Origin: an uncultured virus (IMG/VR IMGVR_UViG_3300032213_000694)
Lineage: Duplodnaviria; Heunggongvirae; Uroviricota; Caudoviricetes; Crassvirales
IMG/VR virus record: IMGVR_UViG_3300032213_000694
Span: 46,518-66,517 of that record
Reading direction: 5' to 3' (one strand)
DNA length: 20,000 bases
Below the pieces are notes generated by a model. That model was not told where the DNA came from. It searched no databases and worked only from the letters and a program-made list of their open reading frames with translations. Every line of letters begins with the position of its first letter. The first letter of the stretch is position 1. The position numbers and the translations under genes are program-made. Shown one piece after another: positions 17,445 to 20,000 of this stretch.

Positions 17445-17685
17445 CTTTGTTCTTGATTTCTCCAGTAGCAAAGTCAATCGTGATATCGCCATACTTAGCG
17501 TGTAGCTCTTGCTGAATGCTAACGTGCGTTGCACCAGCTACATCTAATTGAGCTAAAACAGATTGCTTCTCTAACTTGGTGTTGTGGATTTGAATCTCAG
17601 CGTCTGCTAAAGCATTGCGAAGATTTCTGATTTCTGTGTGAGCCGCTCTGAAACGGTCCAACTCGTCTTGTGTTAATTTATCCAT
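17431..17685 (-). CDS. Small coiled-coil hypothetical protein
   Basis: 84 aa heptad-rich helix ending LHAKYGDITIDFATGEI, with an A-rich leader before the ATG. Confidence 0.75.
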   Translation of the reverse strand: MDKLTQDELDRFRAAHTEIRNLRNALADAEIQIHNTKLEKQSVLAQLDVAGATHVSIQQELHAKYGDITIDFATGEIKNKDGNS

Positions 17686-17734
17686 TGTATTATATTTTTT
17701 TGTAAAAGTACTAATTATATTTTAATTTTAGCAT
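17686..17734. promoter_or_regulatory. Divergent promoter region with back-to-back near-consensus boxes
   Basis: 49-nt AT-rich gap. The minus strand has TACTTTTA (17703-17710) and the plus strand has TAATTTTA (17723-17730) 4 nt before ATG 17735. Each differs from TAnnTTTG at the last base. Confidence 0.45.
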
Positions 17735-19771
17735 ATGAAGCTACTATACTTAATTCCACATTGCTCAACTGGAGGGATGCCAGCATTTGTTTTGAAAAGC
17801 ATCTTATTAAATAATTCAGAGATAGAGGTAGTAGAGTATCAATGCCATAGTTTAGACTATGTCGTGCAACGAAATGCAATCAAGGAACTAGTTCCGTTCC
17901 ATACCTTGCACGAAAACAAGATGGAATTGTTTAACATCATCTCAAAATTCAATCCCGACATTGTTCACATTCACGAGCCGTCTGAACGATTTAATCGTGA
18001 TATGATTTCTGAGTTGTATCGGGAAGACCGAAACTATCGAATCGTGGAGACGTGCCACGACGTATCATTTAACCATGACAAAGAAAAGATATTTCATCCT
18101 GATGCGTATTACTTCTGCACGCCATATCACTTAGAAACATTCGCTTCATCGCCATCTTACAAAGAGGTGATTGAATTTCCAATAGACGATAAAACAAGTT
18201 ATGATTATTATGATAACCCTTTTGATACAAAAAGAAAAAATGTTGTTAATGTAGGTCTTTGGACTCCTGGTAAGAATCAAGCTGAGGGGATTGAGATAGC
18301 TAGAAAGTATCCTGATATGGACTTTCATTTTATCGGAAACCAAGCTATAAATTTCAAACATTACTGGGAGCCATTAATGAAGGATTTGCCATCTAATGTT
18401 CACGTGTGGTTGGAGAGAAATGATGCACACAGGTTCATTAAGATGGCAGATATCTTTATGTTTAATTCTACGTGGGAGTGTAACCCACTAGTATTACGCG
18501 AAGCCATATCTTTTGGTAAACCGATTATTGCTCACAACCTTCCTCAATATGGATCAATGTTTAGTAAATACATTCAACCTATTGATACGGATCTAAATAC
18601 TATCAAATGTAATTACATTATACCTACAGATAATACTTCGCAAATATTTTGGGAGAAGCAAATCGCATTCTACAACAAAGTAATGACACTAGACAAACAA
18701 GAACAAGATGTAACCATCATTCAACACTTTGTTGGCCAACCCTACCTAGAAATTAAGTCAGGGCTAAAAGCTGATTTTAAAGTGCAATACTTTGATGGCG
18801 ATAAGCTGGTCTACGAGAATACTATCGGATCAAATAGTTGGGTCAAACTAAACAGACAATACTATACTAAGTGGGAGAGTAAAGTGTTTATGAACGATGA
18901 GCTCATACACCATAATATACTTAACCTAGAAGGCAAACGTGTGTACATCGCTCTATCTAGTAAGTCATTAGGCGATACAATTGCTTGGGCACCATATGCT
19001 TTAGAGTTTCAAAAGAAACATAAGTGTAAAGTAATTATGTCCACTTTTTTAAATAAAATACTAGACATGCCTGAGATAGAATTAGTGGAGCCGGGAACGG
19101 TGGTACCTAATATATACGCTCAGTATAACATTGGTTGGTTCTATGATTCAAACAAGGAGCCAGTATTGCCAAATACTATTAAGCTACAAGAAGCGGCTAC
19201 CAAAATTCTTGGTCTTGAGTTTAAGGAGATTATGCCTAAGTTAAAGTATGATGCTGGTAACAATTTGTATGGCAAATATGTTACGATAGCTACCAATTCT
19301 ACAGCTGGGTGTAAATTTTGGACCAAGGAAGGTTGGCAAGGAGTGATAAACTATTTGCACGAAAAAGGTTACAAGGTAATTAACGTATCACTTGAGCCTA
19401 ATCCGTTCGATAACTGCGAGCAGATTATTAATCATGACATTCAAAAGACAATGGCTATTATTCACCATAGTCAATTTTACCTGGGCTTGGGTTCAGGCGT
19501 ATCTTGGTTAGCAAATGCTCTAGGCAAACAAGTGGTTATGATAAACAACTTCGCTGCAGATGACCACGAGTTTGATTGTATACGTGTGACTAACAAGTCA
19601 GTATGCAATAGCTGTTGGAACAACCCTAACTTTAAATTCGATGCAGGGGATTGGGATTGGTGCCCCATAAATAAGAATACTCCCCGACACTTTGAGTGTC
19701 AGAGGAGTATATCTGCTGATGATGTAATATTACTTCTTAGCAAAAACGCCAAGCAATTGGGCCTTAGCTAA
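17735..19771 (+). CDS. Fusion of a GT4 (GT-B) glycosyltransferase and an Aah/TibC-like autotransporter O-heptosyltransferase (BAHT family)
   Basis: 678 aa. N-half: MKLLYLIPHCSTGGMP, NVGLWTPGKNQ, DIFMFNSTWECNPLVLREAISFGKPII (E248-x7-E256, GT4). C-half: beta-rich HFVGQPYLEI...WVKLNRQYYTKW, SKSLGD414TIAW, STAGCKFW, YLGLGSGVSWLANALGKQVVMI, and C624-x2-C627-x15-C643-x11-C655. Confidence 0.85.
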   Translation: MKLLYLIPHCSTGGMPAFVLKSILLNNSEIEVVEYQCHSLDYVVQRNAIKELVPFHTLHENKMELFNIISKFNPDIVHIHEPSERFNRDMISELYREDRNYRIVETCHDVSFNHDKEKIFHPDAYYFCTPYHLETFASSPSYKEVIEFPIDDKTSYDYYDNPFDTKRKNVVNVGLWTPGKNQAEGIEIARKYPDMDFHFIGNQAINFKHYWEPLMKDLPSNVHVWLERNDAHRFIKMADIFMFNSTWECNPLVLREAISFGKPIIAHNLPQYGSMFSKYIQPIDTDLNTIKCNYIIPTDNTSQIFWEKQIAFYNKVMTLDKQEQDVTIIQHFVGQPYLEIKSGLKADFKVQYFDGDKLVYENTIGSNSWVKLNRQYYTKWESKVFMNDELIHHNILNLEGKRVYIALSSKSLGDTIAWAPYALEFQKKHKCKVIMSTFLNKILDMPEIELVEPGTVVPNIYAQYNIGWFYDSNKEPVLPNTIKLQEAATKILGLEFKEIMPKLKYDAGNNLYGKYVTIATNSTAGCKFWTKEGWQGVINYLHEKGYKVINVSLEPNPFDNCEQIINHDIQKTMAIIHHSQFYLGLGSGVSWLANALGKQVVMINNFAADDHEFDCIRVTNKSVCNSCWNNPNFKFDAGDWDWCPINKNTPRHFECQRSISADDVILLLSKNAKQLGLS

Positions 19772-19999
19772 AACAGTAATCGTCTCACTGTCTTTTACAA
19801 AAGTCTTAAGAGTCTCTTGATCCGATGTATCTAGGTCAAGAATTTCGCCTTTGTTTAAAGCAAGAGCCCATTCCCAATACTTTACAGCATCGCCCTTGGT
19901 CTGCTGAATAAGTGTGTTCGCTAATAACTTTCCAGAATTAGCACCTTCTAGTTCTTTACCGTCTAAATCGGTTAGATTAAAATTAAAGTTTAGTTTCAT
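19730..19999 (-). CDS. Hypothetical phage protein (89 aa)
   Basis: MKLNFNFNLTDLDGKEL...DAVKYWEWALALNKG..LDLDTSD. Protein-like composition and the same strand as the rest of the module. The start lies at the window edge and cannot be verified. Confidence 0.7.
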   Translation of the reverse strand: MKLNFNFNLTDLDGKELEGANSGKLLANTLIQQTKGDAVKYWEWALALNKGEILDLDTSDQETLKTFVKDSETITVLAKAQLLGVFAKK

Positions 20000-20000
20000 A

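Larger units (their letters stand above)
1..20000 (-). mobile_element. Bacteriophage genome segment: crAss-like podovirus structural/packaging module
   Basis: Synteny of TerL, portal, scaffold, MCP, ring proteins, muzzle and ejection proteins with crAss-like sizes, plus Bacteroidota-style promoters and no evident Shine-Dalgarno motifs. Confidence 0.88.

Noticed and set aside
17445..17534. N-terminal 30 aa of the track's 102-aa ORF
   Set aside because: It overlaps the 84-aa gene extensively. The ATG at 17444 gives a more plausible start.
18146..19668. Minus-strand ORFs inside the glycosyltransferase gene (18146, 19141, 19477)
   Set aside because: Short shadows of the 678-aa plus-strand gene, which carries clear enzyme motifs.
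1..20000. tRNA, CRISPR array, DGR template/variable repeat pair, integrase or att site
   Set aside because: Intergenic gaps are all under about 70 nt and I saw no cloverleaf or spaced direct repeats. The muzzle repeats differ at all base types rather than only at adenines, and no reverse transcriptase or integrase is present in the window.

Overview
This window is the virion morphogenesis module of a crAss-like (Crassvirales-related) podovirus, most likely infecting an environmental Bacteroidota host. Almost everything reads on the minus strand, in this order: small hypotheticals, a tandem GroES-like co-chaperonin, a candidate small terminase, TerL, portal, scaffold, major capsid protein, a conserved 248-aa protein, two ring/adaptor proteins, a tail muzzle (stabilisation) protein that appears split over two genes, a GNAT-like protein, an Ala/Gln-rich ejection protein, and a further ORF running off the left edge (1..728, not in the supplied track). 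The single plus-strand gene (17735..19771) is the most unusual element. It fuses a GT4 glycosyltransferase to an Aah/TibC-type (BAHT) protein O-heptosyltransferase with an intact C-x2-C-x15-C-x11-C iron-finger, suggesting a phage-encoded protein glycosylation system. The muzzle gene ends in a BACON-like domain plus three Cys-bracketed Ser/Thr-rich repeats. Bacteroidota-type TAnnTTTG promoter boxes recur just upstream of several genes, some only 4-7 nt from the ATG, and two sit directly behind intrinsic terminators. The standard genetic code fits throughout. All family assignments come from motif recognition and synteny by eye; no database searches were run.
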